From: an uncultured delta proteobacterium
GTDB taxonomy: Bacteria; Myxococcota_A; Polyangia; Polyangiales; JAFGIB01
Direction: 5' to 3'
NCBI GenBank assembly: GCA_963778655.1
Contig: CAVZVA010000009.1
Coordinates: 352,001-416,000 of the forward strand
DNA length: 64,000 bases
Within the stretch, counting starts at the first letter, position 1, and each line of letters starts with the position of its first letter. The position numbers were made by a program, and so were the translations under genes. The notes beneath the pieces were generated by a model. That model saw only the letters and a list, made by a program, of their open reading frames with translations, did not search any database and was not told where the DNA came from. Of the stretch, positions 48,303 to 59,004 are shown in pieces.

Positions 48303-49856
48303 TTACGGGTGGGCCATCATCACTTCGATCAAGCACGGCCCGGGCTCGCGCATCGCCCTGGCCAGCTCCGTGCACAGGCTGGCGGCATCCTCCACCCGCA
48401 CGGCCGGCACGCCCATCCCGCGGGCGAGCGCGACGAAGTCCAGGTCGGGCCGTCCGATTTCGAGCAACTCGCGCGCCCGTTCGCCGGCGGTCTCGGCGCC
48501 CACGCGCTGCAGCTCGATGTTCAGAATGCGGTAGGAGCGGTTGGCGAGGATCAGGTTGACCACGTTCAGGCCCTCGCGCGCCTGCGTCCACAGCGCCTGG
48601 ATGGTGTACATCGCGCTGCCGTCTCCATCGAGACACAGCACCTTGCGCGTGGGGCACGCGACCGCCGCGCCCACCGCCAGCGGCAGCCCGATGCCGATCG
48701 AGCCGCCGGTGTTCGAGAGCCAGTCGTGGGGTGGGGCGCCGGCGCAGAATGGAGACACCAGGAAGCCTTCGGTGTTGCCTTCGTCGACCACGATCGCGTC
48801 TTCGGGCAGGTGCGCGGCGATCGCCTCGCCCAGGGTCTTGGCGTCGATCGGGCCGCTCGGGGGGGCCGGTCGCGCGGGCTGCTGCACCTGGGCGGCGTCG
48901 TGCGGGGCGTCCACGGCGTCGGCCAGGCGCTCGAGCGCGTCGAGCGCGTCGTCCTCGGGCAGCGCCAGCCGATGGACCGTGCAGCTGGCCGGTACCAGAT
49001 CGCTCTGCTTGCCGGGATAGGCGAAGAACGCCACAGGGGCCGTGGCGCCCACCAGCACCAGGTGCTTGGCGTCCTTGAGCTCGGCCGCGGCCATCTCGGC
49101 GAAGTAGGGCAAGCGCTCGATCGGCGCGCGCCCGGCCCCGCGCTCCAGCCGAGAGGTGAAGGTGTCGCACATCAGTCGCGCCGAGACCGAGCTCGCGACG
49201 CGGCTGCCCAGGGCCAACCCCGGTGCGCGCAGCGCCTGGCCGTTCATCAGGATCACGCTCTTCTCGCCCGAGCGCAGCGCGCGCGCCGTCTCCTGTACCA
49301 GGGCTTCCTCCGCCTTCGCGCGCGCCGGAATCGGGCGCGGGCGAGCGGGCTCGCCGGCCTCGCTCCAGGACACGTCCGCTTGCAGCACCAGCGTTGCGAT
49401 CTTGCCCGGAGGCGAGCAGGCCGCGGCGACCGCCTCGGCGGCGTCTGCGGCCAGCTCCGCTGGGGAGCTCGTGGTGCGCAGGAAGTCCGAGAGCGGGCGC
49501 GCCAGCCCCTCGACGTCCGAGCTCAGCGGTGCGTCGTAGCGCTTGTGGTAGGTGGCGTGATCGCCCACCACGTTGAGCATCGGGCTGCGCGCGCGGCGCG
49601 CGTTGTGCACGTTGGCCAGCGCGTTGGTGAGGCCAGGCCCCAGGTGCAGCAGCGTGGCGGCGGGCTTGCCGGCCATGCGGGCGTAGCCGTCGGCCGCCCC
49701 CGTGACCACGCCCTCGAACAGCGCCAACACCGGCCGCATCGCCGGCACCGAATCGAGCGCCGCCACGAAGTGCATCTCGGAGGTGCCGGGATTGGCGAAG
49801 CACACGTCGACGCCGCATGCGACCAGCGTACGGAGCAAGCTCTGAGCACCATTCAT
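48303..49856 (-). CDS. Thiamine pyrophosphate enzyme, acetolactate synthase large subunit-like
   Basis: FANPGTSEMHF, LHLGPG, GDGSAMYT...N. Confidence 0.9.
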   Translation of the reverse strand: MNGAQSLLRTLVACGVDVCFANPGTSEMHFVAALDSVPAMRPVLALFEGVVTGAADGYARMAGKPAATLLHLGPGLTNALANVHNARRARSPMLNVVGDHATYHKRYDAPLSSDVEGLARPLSDFLRTTSSPAELAADAAEAVAAACSPPGKIATLVLQADVSWSEAGEPARPRPIPARAKAEEALVQETARALRSGEKSVILMNGQALRAPGLALGSRVASSVSARLMCDTFTSRLERGAGRAPIERLPYFAEMAAAELKDAKHLVLVGATAPVAFFAYPGKQSDLVPASCTVHRLALPEDDALDALERLADAVDAPHDAAQVQQPARPAPPSGPIDAKTLGEAIAAHLPEDAIVVDEGNTEGFLVSPFCAGAPPHDWLSNTGGSIGIGLPLAVGAAVACPTRKVLCLDGDGSAMYTIQALWTQAREGLNVVNLILANRSYRILNIELQRVGAETAGERARELLEIGRPDLDFVALARGMGVPAVRVEDAASLCTELARAMREPGPCLIEVMMAHP

Positions 49857-49972
49857 GGCCCGAGCTTACCACCCAAGCGACCGATCTCACCTCCACCGCG
49901 GCTCATCCCATCCTCTTGCTCGTCCTCGTAGCCGCAGCCGCAACCGCGCCCACGCCCGGTGCCGGCCTTGTA

Positions 49973-50767
49973 CTAGTCTTCCGGCAGCGCCAGCGGCGGC
50001 GCTCCCGCGCGCAAGTAGCGGTGATGGATGCGTGCGACCTCTCCGAGCGCGAGCAAGAAGTCCAGCGCGGAGACCTTGGAGCCTCCCACGTCCCGCCAGT
50101 GCTCCACGGGAAGCTCGTAGATCAGCTCGGCCGCCGGCCTTCCGCCACGCTGGCGCTGCAAGCGGATCAGACGCGCGATGAGCTCCACGTCGAACGTCCA
50201 GCCCACCTCGAAGGGCTCGGCGAACAGAACGCGCGTCTCCTCGCCGACCCGGAACAGCTTCGCCCCGCACTGCGTGTCGTAGACCCGCAGCCCCAGCAGC
50301 GTCGAAGCTGCGGTGGCGAACACGCGTCCCAGATAATGGCGGCTGGCCCGGCGCTCGATCGAGCGGCCCAGCAGCTGCACCCGCGAGCCCATGACCAGCA
50401 GCAAGCTGGGTGTGCGCCGCAGCACTTCCGCGAAGCGCAGGACTTCCTGCAGGGGCGTGGCGAGGTCGGCGTCCCAATAGCCGCACAGCGTGACGCCCAG
50501 CTCGAACGCGCGCTGCATCCCGGCGCGTACGGCCTCCGCCTTGCCCCGATTGCGCGGCAGGTCCACCACGATGAAGCGCTCCGGTTCGGCCTGCTGCAAG
50601 GCTTGCAGCAGGCTCAGCGTGCGATCGCGGCTGCCGTCGTTGACGAGGACGAAGCAGATCTCGGGGTGGGCCCGCGCGAAGCGCTCGAGCGCGCCCGGAT
50701 CAAGCCGCCGCTCCTCGTTGTAGCAGGGAACGACGACTGCGATGCTGGAAGACTCGCCTTGGGTCAT
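49973..50767 (-). CDS. GT2 glycosyltransferase (dolichyl-phosphate glucosyltransferase-like)
   Basis: VVPCYNE, NDGS.D, NRGK, DAD, DTQCGAKLF. Confidence 0.92.
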   Translation of the reverse strand: MTQGESSSIAVVVPCYNEERRLDPGALERFARAHPEICFVLVNDGSRDRTLSLLQALQQAEPERFIVVDLPRNRGKAEAVRAGMQRAFELGVTLCGYWDADLATPLQEVLRFAEVLRRTPSLLLVMGSRVQLLGRSIERRASRHYLGRVFATAASTLLGLRVYDTQCGAKLFRVGEETRVLFAEPFEVGWTFDVELIARLIRLQRQRGGRPAAELIYELPVEHWRDVGGSKVSALDFLLALGEVARIHHRYLRAGAPPLALPED

Positions 50768-50903
50768 GTCCGGGCGGCCTGGGCTTTGCCCTGCGCAGGG
50801 AGCTGCGCGTGCGCTCGGGGCTTGTGCTTGGGCCGGCCCCCGCGCATGATGCCCGAAAAAGGCTCGGCATACAGGGGCTTCGGGGACGCAGTTTGGGTGC
50901 AGG

Positions 50904-52793
50904 GTGGCGGTTCGAGAGCTGAAGATTGGTGCTGGAGTGTGGTGGTTGCTGTTCGTGCTGCTGGGCTGCGGCACGACACAGAAAGGGGCGCAGCGCGGCT
51001 TCGACGCCGGTGCCGATGACGCGCAGGCCGGGGGGAGCCGCGAGGACGCGGCCACGCAGGCGGCCCCGGCGAAGTGCAACGAAAAGAGCTGCGACCCCAA
51101 CGCGGGCTGCGACGACTCGGGCGGCAGCGTGACCTGCACCTGCAACCCCGGCTACGAGGGCGACGGCAGCAGCTGCAGCGACGTCGACGAGTGCCAGGAC
51201 ACCCCCGGGCTGTGCGGCCCGCACGCCACCTGCATGAATCGCCCCGGCAGCTACGACTGCAAGTGCGACTCGACGGCGGCCATGAGCGGCGATCAGCAGT
51301 GTGCCGATCTGTGCGATCTGGCCAAGGCCGATCCCAACCAGTGCGACCCTAACGCGCAGTGCGCGATCCAGAAGGCCGGGGCGCTATGCAGCGAGTGCAT
51401 GCCCGGATACGTCGGCGACGGTCACACCTGCGTCGACCACAGGGCGGACTGCCCTGCCGAGTGCAACGGCAGCAGCGGCGGCGATCCGAACGCGGTCTGC
51501 GTGCAGGACGGCGGCGACTTTAGCTGCAAGTGCCGCCAGGGCTACGACGGCGATGTCGGAAGCTGCACCAACATCGACGAGTGCGCCACCATGTCGGACG
51601 CCTGCAGCGATCCCAACTCGAGCTGCGCCGATACCGATGGCGGTTTCCACTGCCCGTGCAACGCGGGGTTCGAGCAGATGGGCGGCAGCTGCCAGGACAT
51701 CGACGAATGCCAGCAGAAGCTGTTCAACTGCGACGGCAACGCCAGCTGCGTCAATGATATCGGCGGTTCCCCCGGCTACCACTGCGCCTGCACTTCGCCC
51801 TACGCGGGCGACGACGCCCACAACTGCTACTGCGACCTGAGCGGCTATTGGGCGATGCGGCAGGACGTGACCACCTGCTGGGACGAGCGCGCCCAGAGCG
51901 GGACGGTCTTCATCTCGCCGGGGGTCGCGCAGGCGAGCGTGTGGGAGCTGCACAAGTTCACCTACGACGGCAGCACGATCAAGACCGAGGCCGAGGCATG
52001 CGGCGACGATTCGGAGCCTGACCTGGTGAGCCCGCTGTTCGTCGAGACCTACTCGGCCTTCATCCCTGACCAGGTCTACTACGACATCGGCCTGGTCAAG
52101 GGCAAGGACATCGCGGCGCCCGGCATCGTCCCGGGCAACATGTTCAGCACCCCGGCTGAGGCCGCGCTGGCCGGCATCGAGCTCGACGGCGATCCGGAGA
52201 CCGCCGCGTGGCCGCTGGACGCGACCACCATCAGCGAGCCCGGAGGAGCGCTTCCCAGCTGGGTCGACACCGACAGCGACGGCGAGCCGGGCTTGACCCT
52301 GTGGTCGCACCTGCCGAGCGAGCAGACCCACGGCAGCACGTCCGCCAACCCCTCGCACTACAGCTACTTGCCGGCGAAGCTGGAGCAGGACAGCAGCGGC
52401 AACGTGTTCGTCAGCGAGCGCGCGGCCTGCGTCAGCGTGGCGACGCGCGTCATTTCCATGCTCAACGCGGACGTCGATAGCTGCGATCGGCTCACCGGCG
52501 AGGTGCTCAACCTCAAGACCGAGGGCCGCGTGCACAGCTGCGTGCTGATAGACCAGGCCAACTGGGGCAATGACCGCAGCTGCGACGCCAGCGCCTGGCC
52601 GGCGTCGAATCCGTGCGACCCAGGCTCGATGGAAGTCTCGTCGCTCGACGGACAGGACCAGAGTCAGAACACCAAGGCCACCTTCGAGCTGGTCAAGATC
52701 GGCGAGCTGGGCGACAGTGTCGACTGCGCCGCGGTGCGGGCCGCCCTGCCCGCCATCGATCACGGCACCCCGCCCGCCTCCTGCCCCTTCTGA
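50904..52793 (+). CDS. Lipoprotein with tandem (calcium-binding) EGF-like domains and a unique C-terminal domain
   Basis: Lipobox LLGC; DVDEC/NIDEC/DIDEC repeats; [11 protein letters not shown]. Confidence 0.88.
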   Translation: MAVRELKIGAGVWWLLFVLLGCGTTQKGAQRGFDAGADDAQAGGSREDAATQAAPAKCNEKSCDPNAGCDDSGGSVTCTCNPGYEGDGSSCSDVDECQDTPGLCGPHATCMNRPGSYDCKCDSTAAMSGDQQCADLCDLAKADPNQCDPNAQCAIQKAGALCSECMPGYVGDGHTCVDHRADCPAECNGSSGGDPNAVCVQDGGDFSCKCRQGYDGDVGSCTNIDECATMSDACSDPNSSCADTDGGFHCPCNAGFEQMGGSCQDIDECQQKLFNCDGNASCVNDIGGSPGYHCACTSPYAGDDAHNCYCDLSGYWAMRQDVTTCWDERAQSGTVFISPGVAQASVWELHKFTYDGSTIKTEAEACGDDSEPDLVSPLFVETYSAFIPDQVYYDIGLVKGKDIAAPGIVPGNMFSTPAEAALAGIELDGDPETAAWPLDATTISEPGGALPSWVDTDSDGEPGLTLWSHLPSEQTHGSTSANPSHYSYLPAKLEQDSSGNVFVSERAACVSVATRVISMLNADVDSCDRLTGEVLNLKTEGRVHSCVLIDQANWGNDRSCDASAWPASNPCDPGSMEVSSLDGQDQSQNTKATFELVKIGELGDSVDCAAVRAALPAIDHGTPPASCPF

Positions 52794-52855
52794 CGGCACC
52801 GCCCGAGGGCGCGGGTCAACGCCAGCGACCACGCGAGACCGACCGACTCCAGGTG

Positions 52856-54640
52856 ATGATGCGCAGCCGCACCTCGCTTCCCACGCTCGCAGCCATTGCG
52901 CTCTTGTGCGCGCTGCCTTCGCGCGCGCATGCCGGCGGCTATGAGCTGCTGCCGGGCGGCACGCAATCGGTCGCGCGCGGCGGTGCCGTCGCCGCGCGTC
53001 CCGAGGACGCGATGCTGCTGGAGCACGACCCGGCCGGACTGTCGCTGCTCTCCGGCAACCAGATGCTGCTGAACATCGACGCGCCCTTCCACCACATGTG
53101 CGAGGATCCCTACGGCTACTACGGCTGGGGCATCTACCAGAGGGGCAGCAGCGAGTTCGGCGATCCGTTCGAGGTCAAGGTCGACAAGAACGGCAAGCCC
53201 ATCATCGGCGATACTTATGCCACGACGCCATTGCCGGAGGTCTGCAACTCGGGCCGCGTGGTCGGCCTGCCGCAGCTGGCCTGGGTAGGCAAGCTGACCG
53301 ACGACCTGGCGATCGCGGGCGGGTTCGTGGCCCCCACCCTGGTCGCGGGCCTGCAGTTCGGCGGCGCCGACGGAACGATTGCGGTCGACGGCCGGGCGCT
53401 GCCCACGCCCACGCGCTACCAGTTGATCCGCCAGCAGGTGAAGTTCGCGTTGGCCCCGAGCGTGGGCGTCGGCTACCGGCTGGCGCAACAGCTCCAGCTC
53501 GGGGTCGCGCTGCAGGTCGCCATGGTCAACGCGACCAGCCGCGCGGTCCAGAACGCCACCTCGGGCACCCAGCCCTCGAGCGATTGGCTGGTCGACGTCA
53601 ATGCGCACGACTATTTCATTCCCTCGCTGACCGTCTCCGCGCACAGCAAGCCGATCCCCCCGCTCGATCTGATGGTGGCCTTTCGCTGGACCGACAGCTT
53701 CAACGGCTCGGGTAAGGCCACGATCGAGACCAACACCTATCACGAGGGCTCCACCTCGGGGGGCGTGCCGTACACCAACGCGCCGTTTCACCTGTCGCTG
53801 ATCGAGGTGCCGGTGCCGTGGGCGCTCACGTTTGGCGCCCGCTACGCTGGGTTGCTGCCCGGCGCGGACGCCGGCGCGGGCAAGCGGCGCGGCCTGGGTG
53901 ATCCGCTCGACCGCGAGCTGTGGGACGTCGAGCTCGACGCCACCTACGAGCTCAACCATCAGGCGAGCAAGAACACGGCTCAGGCCAGCGGCAACGTGAC
54001 CGTGATCTCGCGTATTGCGGGCGGCGGCGGCGACGTCACCACGGTCGACTCGTCGGACCTCTCGCAGGTGGCGGTGGACCGCCACATGCGCGACGCGGTC
54101 ACGGTGCGTGCCGGCGGCAGCTTCAGCGTGCTGCCGCGTAAGGTCGCGCTCGAGGCCGGCCTCTTCTACGAGACGCGCGGCCAGGACCCGGCGTACGCCA
54201 ACATCGACTCCTTCGCCTTTGCGCGCGTCGGTTTCGGGCTGGGCGCGATGTGGCGTGTCGGCAGCTTCGACTTGGTTGCGGCCTACGGCCACATCTTCCA
54301 GGAGACCGTGGAGGTGGCGCCTCCGCGCCACCAGGTCGCGGAGCAGGGCAGCAAGACGGACCCCACGGCCGGGTTCGATCAACGCGTGGGCGGCAAGCTG
54401 AACGACTTTGGCGTAAGGGTGTATGCCGGCGATCCGAGCGACGACCCGAAGAACCCCGCGCTGGAACCCACCGTGCTCTCCGACCCTACGGCGCCTTCGC
54501 CGGCCAAGGCGGACGCAGTCGCGCGCGTGCAGCAGTCGGTCGCCGTGCCCAACGGCGTGCGCTCCAAGCGCGTGATCAACGCGGGCAAGTACAGCGCGTC
54601 GTTCAACATTGTCTCGGTGGGCGCGGTCTACCACTTTTGA
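52856..54640 (+). CDS. FadL/OmpP1-like outer-membrane beta-barrel protein
   Basis: Signal peptide AHA; GTQSVARGGAVAARPED...DPAGL hatch; C-terminal YHF. Confidence 0.8.
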   Translation: MMRSRTSLPTLAAIALLCALPSRAHAGGYELLPGGTQSVARGGAVAARPEDAMLLEHDPAGLSLLSGNQMLLNIDAPFHHMCEDPYGYYGWGIYQRGSSEFGDPFEVKVDKNGKPIIGDTYATTPLPEVCNSGRVVGLPQLAWVGKLTDDLAIAGGFVAPTLVAGLQFGGADGTIAVDGRALPTPTRYQLIRQQVKFALAPSVGVGYRLAQQLQLGVALQVAMVNATSRAVQNATSGTQPSSDWLVDVNAHDYFIPSLTVSAHSKPIPPLDLMVAFRWTDSFNGSGKATIETNTYHEGSTSGGVPYTNAPFHLSLIEVPVPWALTFGARYAGLLPGADAGAGKRRGLGDPLDRELWDVELDATYELNHQASKNTAQASGNVTVISRIAGGGGDVTTVDSSDLSQVAVDRHMRDAVTVRAGGSFSVLPRKVALEAGLFYETRGQDPAYANIDSFAFARVGFGLGAMWRVGSFDLVAAYGHIFQETVEVAPPRHQVAEQGSKTDPTAGFDQRVGGKLNDFGVRVYAGDPSDDPKNPALEPTVLSDPTAPSPAKADAVARVQQSVAVPNGVRSKRVINAGKYSASFNIVSVGAVYHF

Positions 54641-54785
54641 GAGCCGGGCGCGCGGCGCGCGGCGTAGCGATGTCGAGCCGGGGGCCGGAGGCGGGCGCAG
54701 GCGAGCACGAGCACAATTACGGGTACTCGTGCTGGGGCGCGGGTTGGTTGTGATGGTTGTAGGTGAGCTTGGGCGGGCGTTCGCT

Positions 54786-56300
54786 ATGCTGAACGGGATG
54801 CTGCGCTGGTTGCCTTGGCTTGTGCTTCCCGTGTGCGCGTGCGGTGCGTGCGGCGCTCCGCCCGCCACGCCCGCGCTGCCGCCCCTGGCTTCGCCGCCTG
54901 CGGCGGATCGGGCGGTGCCTGCGGTCACGCCGCCGCCGCTGTCCGAGCGGCCTGCGCAGGACCCCGCGCAGCCGCTGCGCTACGTGGCCATCGGCGGCGG
55001 CTCGAGCCCGGACAACACCGAGGTCTCGCTCGAGCAGGATCTGGCCCTGGCGCAGCAGGCGCTGCCCGGCCCCGGTGCGTTGCTGTTCGCGGGCGGTCGG
55101 GACAGCCTGAGCGTGCGGACCGTCAGCGATCAGCCGGCCACGGACGAGCTGCTGGTACGGCTGGGCGAGCTGTTCGCGCCGCGCGTCGAGCACCGCAGCC
55201 AGTTTCGTGCACCGCAGCTGCAGGCCGGCCCCGCCAGCCTGGCCGCAGTGCGGGCGGAGCTGACCGCCGCGCTGTCGCACGGCGACGGCCCGTTGCTGGT
55301 GTACATCGCGGCCCACGGCGAGCAAGGCGACCAGGCGCGTGACAACGCGGTGGTGTTGTGGGGCGGCGGGAGCCTCAGCGTCGAGGCGCTGGCGCGGCTG
55401 CAGGCGGCCCACCCGCGGCCGCTGCGCCTGATCTCGGCCAGCTGCTTCTCGGGCGGCTTCGCGGAGCTGGCGTTCGCCGGCGCCGACCCAGCGAACGGCC
55501 CGGCGCGCGCGCCGCGCTGCGGGTTGTTCGCGGGCACCTGGGACCGCGAGACCAGCGGCTGTGATCCGGATCCCGACCGCCGCAATCAGGAGGGCTACAG
55601 CCTGCACCTGCTGCAGGCGTTGCGCGGCCGCGACCGCGACGGTACGCCGCTGCGCTCTGGCGAGCTCGACCTCGATGGCGACGGCCACATCAGCTTGCTC
55701 GAAGCACACACCCGCGCGGTGATCGCTGCCGAGTCGATCGACGTGCCCACGACCACCTCCGAGCGCTACCTGCGCGCGGTGCAGACCAGGCCCGAAGGCA
55801 GGCTCGAGCGGGCGTTGCTGCCCGAGGTCGCCGCCGTGATCGATCGCCTCGGTGCGCGCCTGGGGCTGCCGAGCGAGCGCGCCGCGCGCGCGCGCTGGGA
55901 CGAAGCCGACCGCCGCCTCAACCAGCTCGACCAGCGCCTCGACGACAGCGACCAGCGCGCGCAGCGCAGCTTCGGCGAGCTCTCGGCGCGCCTGCTCGCG
56001 CGCTGGCCCGTGCTGGACGACCCTTACCACCCGCAGTTCGCGCCCACGCTGGCGCGCGATCGCGAGCAGATCGAGCATGCGCTCGCGGACTGGCCGGAGG
56101 CGCAGCGCTACGCCGCGGAGCAGCGCGAGCAGGACGAGCAGGAGGCGCGCTACGAGCGGGCCGAGGTCGATGAAGCGCTGGTCACGCGGCTGCTGCGCGC
56201 CTACGAGACGCTAGGGCTGGCGAGCGCGCTGCACGCGCGCGGCGGCCCGCAATGGGCCTATTATCGGCGCCTTCTGAGCTGCGAGCGGTTCGTGCCGTAG
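54786..56300 (+). CDS. Exported caspase/hemoglobinase-fold (C13/C14-like) cysteine peptidase with EF-hand-like loop
   Basis: VYIAAHG and ISASCFSGGF dyad motifs; DLDGDGHISLLE; helical C-terminus. Confidence 0.7.
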   Translation: MLNGMLRWLPWLVLPVCACGACGAPPATPALPPLASPPAADRAVPAVTPPPLSERPAQDPAQPLRYVAIGGGSSPDNTEVSLEQDLALAQQALPGPGALLFAGGRDSLSVRTVSDQPATDELLVRLGELFAPRVEHRSQFRAPQLQAGPASLAAVRAELTAALSHGDGPLLVYIAAHGEQGDQARDNAVVLWGGGSLSVEALARLQAAHPRPLRLISASCFSGGFAELAFAGADPANGPARAPRCGLFAGTWDRETSGCDPDPDRRNQEGYSLHLLQALRGRDRDGTPLRSGELDLDGDGHISLLEAHTRAVIAAESIDVPTTTSERYLRAVQTRPEGRLERALLPEVAAVIDRLGARLGLPSERAARARWDEADRRLNQLDQRLDDSDQRAQRSFGELSARLLARWPVLDDPYHPQFAPTLARDREQIEHALADWPEAQRYAAEQREQDEQEARYERAEVDEALVTRLLRAYETLGLASALHARGGPQWAYYRRLLSCERFVP

Positions 56301-56403
56301 CGAGTAAGCGGGAGGGGCCCGCGCCCCTCCCGCCCCCGGGCCTGCTGGAGTCGGGGCCGAAGGCGGCGTGACGCGCAGCCATCCACGCGGTAAAGGTTAA
56401 GCC

Positions 56404-56778
56404 ATGCGGCTGAGCGCAGCGGCGCTGCTCGGGCTGGCGGCTCTCGGCTGCGGCGGCAAGGCGAACGCCCCACCCCCGCCGGTCGCAAAGGTCGCCACCC
56501 TGCGGCCGCAGCCCAAGCCCGGCGAGCGGGTGCGCCAGCCCGAGCTCGACAGCTACTGCGCTGAGCCCGCGCGCTCGCTGGCGTTCTACTACCACGGCGG
56601 CAGACCGGTCATCGCGCTCGCCCACAAGGACGGCTGCGCCCCGCTCTTCATCAGCGACTGCGAGGCCCAGGGTCACTGCTATCCTCCCCGCGATCAGGAG
56701 CCCGGCATGTGGTGTTGCTCGCCCAGCTCCTCGAAGTCGCTCGCCAGTGCGCACGCGAGCGCCACCCGCGAACCTTGA
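56404..56778 (+). CDS. Small Cys-containing lipoprotein
   Basis: Lipobox ALGC; six further Cys. Confidence 0.65.
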   Translation: MRLSAAALLGLAALGCGGKANAPPPPVAKVATLRPQPKPGERVRQPELDSYCAEPARSLAFYYHGGRPVIALAHKDGCAPLFISDCEAQGHCYPPRDQEPGMWCCSPSSSKSLASAHASATREP

Positions 56779-56805
56779 GCGTTGCGTCCCTCTGGGGCGC
56801 TGTTT

Positions 56806-56857
56806 CGAGGATGCAACAGCAAGACGGGAAGAACCGCTACCCGTCCTGCTGTGACTC
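56806..56857. repeat. REP-like palindromic element, copy 3
   Basis: ACAGCAAGACGGG...CCCGTCCTGCTGT; 26-nt identity with the reverse complement of 7403-7428. Confidence 0.7.
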
Positions 56858-56901
56858 TCCTCGCTCCGAGCCGAGCGCAGCTTTGCGCAGGCCGAGCCGA
56901 A

Positions 56902-58314
56902 TCAGAACGCGCCCTCGACGCCGCCGGCGAGGTCGAGGTTGAGCATGAAGCGGGGCAGCTGCGCATCGATTTCCGGCGAGAGGATGAACCCGAAGTTGCG
57001 ATGCACCCGGATGCGCACGTTGACGCCGGTGTGCACCCCGAACGGGCCCGAGACGGCAAACGGCGCCGGACGCTTCGGATCCTTGGGTGGCGGCTTGGCC
57101 TGGATCTGCCCGACGGTGGCGCCGAAGAACCACGACACGGGCACGCCTGTGGCCTTGTCCATCTCGGAGAACAAGTACTCGCCGCGTATCCCTATCAGCA
57201 GGTTTGCCAGGGTGCCCTTGCCCGCCTTGAATTGAATCCGCACCGGCAGCGAGAGGCCGAAGCGCTTGCTGATGAAATAGCCGGGGTTGAGCCGCAACGC
57301 CAGCGCAGGCACGAACCCCGGCTTTTCCACCCGCACGCAGTAGCTGCTCGGCTCACGCGTCGCGTACAGCTTGCCGTCCTTGCCCATGACGTCCGGTGGT
57401 CCGCTGGCCTTGCCATCCGCGGCGCAGCTCTTGGTCAGTGGCGAGCGGCCGCGCATGTCAGGCGTGGCCTTTGGCGGATAGTCGTCGTAGGAATCGGCAT
57501 CGGGCACCCACGCGCTGCTGTCGTCGAACAGGTAGCGGGTGACGGTTTCGCCCATGTCGTTCTCGTCGATCTTGCCGTCCGCGTTCGTATCCATGGCGGC
57601 CGGCAGCACGACTTGCTGCTCCGTGAACACCTCCACCGGAGCCGTGGTCCCTGGATAGAAGCCGCCGGGCGGCTTGGAGTCCGCCTTCATGCCCTGCTGC
57701 ACGTATGCCAAGCCGCCGACGAGCTCGAGCCCGAAGAAGCCGCGCGCGAAGTCGGTCGGACCGCTCGACTCCTCGCCCGGGCCGCCGCACTTGACGCCTG
57801 GCGGACATTCCACGTCCATGCGTGGGGCGCCGTAGCTCTGCTGCGCCGCGACCGCGGGCGGCGCCACCGCAGCTGGATACGCGCCGGTTGCAGCGGGCGG
57901 CGGCGGCGCCGTGCCGGGTCCGCACGCGCCGCTCTGGGCGTCCTGCTGGGCCTGCAGGAACACCTGCTGCACATCGGGCGTGCTCAGCAGCGGATCGAGC
58001 TGTACGTCCGGCTGCATGCACAGCGCGCTGACGAATGCGGTCAAGCCCTGGTCGCGGTCGCTCATGCCTGCGACGTACACCACGCCGAGGTCCATGTAGC
58101 TCTGGGCGACCACCGGTCCGCCCAGGCCGGACTGCTGCGCCAGCGCGATGGCCTGCTCGAGCTTGGCGCGCGCGGTGTCGAGATCGAGCGACTGGTACGC
58201 GTCCAGCGCTTGCCGGTTCAAGTCCGCGATCTGCGTGTCGGCCTGAGCCTGGGCCACGCTTGCCGTCCACAGTGCTGCACAGACGGTTAGAGGGATTAGC
58301 GACGATCTCCGCAT
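56902..58314 (-). CDS. TPR-like + Pro-rich linker + outer-membrane beta-barrel protein
   Basis: Signal peptide AQA; helical N-domain; C-terminal strands ending GVEGAF. Confidence 0.72.
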   Translation of the reverse strand: MRRSSLIPLTVCAALWTASVAQAQADTQIADLNRQALDAYQSLDLDTARAKLEQAIALAQQSGLGGPVVAQSYMDLGVVYVAGMSDRDQGLTAFVSALCMQPDVQLDPLLSTPDVQQVFLQAQQDAQSGACGPGTAPPPPAATGAYPAAVAPPAVAAQQSYGAPRMDVECPPGVKCGGPGEESSGPTDFARGFFGLELVGGLAYVQQGMKADSKPPGGFYPGTTAPVEVFTEQQVVLPAAMDTNADGKIDENDMGETVTRYLFDDSSAWVPDADSYDDYPPKATPDMRGRSPLTKSCAADGKASGPPDVMGKDGKLYATREPSSYCVRVEKPGFVPALALRLNPGYFISKRFGLSLPVRIQFKAGKGTLANLLIGIRGEYLFSEMDKATGVPVSWFFGATVGQIQAKPPPKDPKRPAPFAVSGPFGVHTGVNVRIRVHRNFGFILSPEIDAQLPRFMLNLDLAGGVEGAF

Positions 58315-58576
58315 TCGTTCCGTTCTTCCGGTGAGCCCCCCGTCAAACCACATTTGCCCGCCAGTGAAAACCTCTTCGTTGCCGTGGCCGAATGCCGCCG
58401 CAGACGCCCAGGATATGAGGGGGTGCTCATGTTCGTTGCCAAACCGGGAGCGGGGCGATGGTAGGCGAATGCGGTGCAGGTTCACCAGAGGCTCGCGGCG
58501 GCATACGACGTGCGCAACGCGCGGCGCGTGAGCGGGTTACTGACCGCCCGGCTTGCTGGAATCGCCGCGACCGATC

Positions 58577-58894
58577 TCACCGCGTCAGCAGCGGCTTGCA
58601 GATCCCCTGCGTCGCCGTAACTTGCACGCAATCGAGGCCGTTGGGGCAGTTGGTCTTGTCATGGCACGGCTCGTAGCAGTAGCCGTTGGTGCAGGTCGCG
58701 GTGTTGCTGAAGGCCTGGCACTGCACCTGCGATTGGCACGCCAGCGTGCACACGCTGTTGGTGCAGGAGAGGCCCTGGGCGCACGACATGGCCGCGGTGC
58801 ATTCCTCGCCATACTTGCCCAGCGACGCCTTGGAGCTTCCGCCGCAGGCGGCCAGAGTGAACAGCGCGATCGAGCACCAACCGATTCGACTCAT
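58577..58894 (-). CDS. Small Cys-rich lipoprotein (12 Cys after the lipidated Cys)
   Basis: MSRIGWCSIALFTLAAC lipobox; GGAGG upstream; C-terminal part of ORF 58577..59797. Confidence 0.75.
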   Translation of the reverse strand: MSRIGWCSIALFTLAACGGSSKASLGKYGEECTAAMSCAQGLSCTNSVCTLACQSQVQCQAFSNTATCTNGYCYEPCHDKTNCPNGLDCVQVTATQGICKPLLTR

Positions 58895-59004
58895 CGAGCC
58901 CCTACCTCCCAAGCTGTGCCAGCATAGCCGCAAGCCCGTCCGGCACAAAGGTCCCCATGTGGAAACGTCGCTTGGCCGGGGGAGGACGGGGCCCGACCGC
59001 TGCC

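Noticed and set aside
50904..54640. traA/traB kin-recognition locus
   Set aside because: No PA14-like N-domain or MYXO-CTERM on the EGF protein, and the barrel lacks an OmpA C-terminal domain
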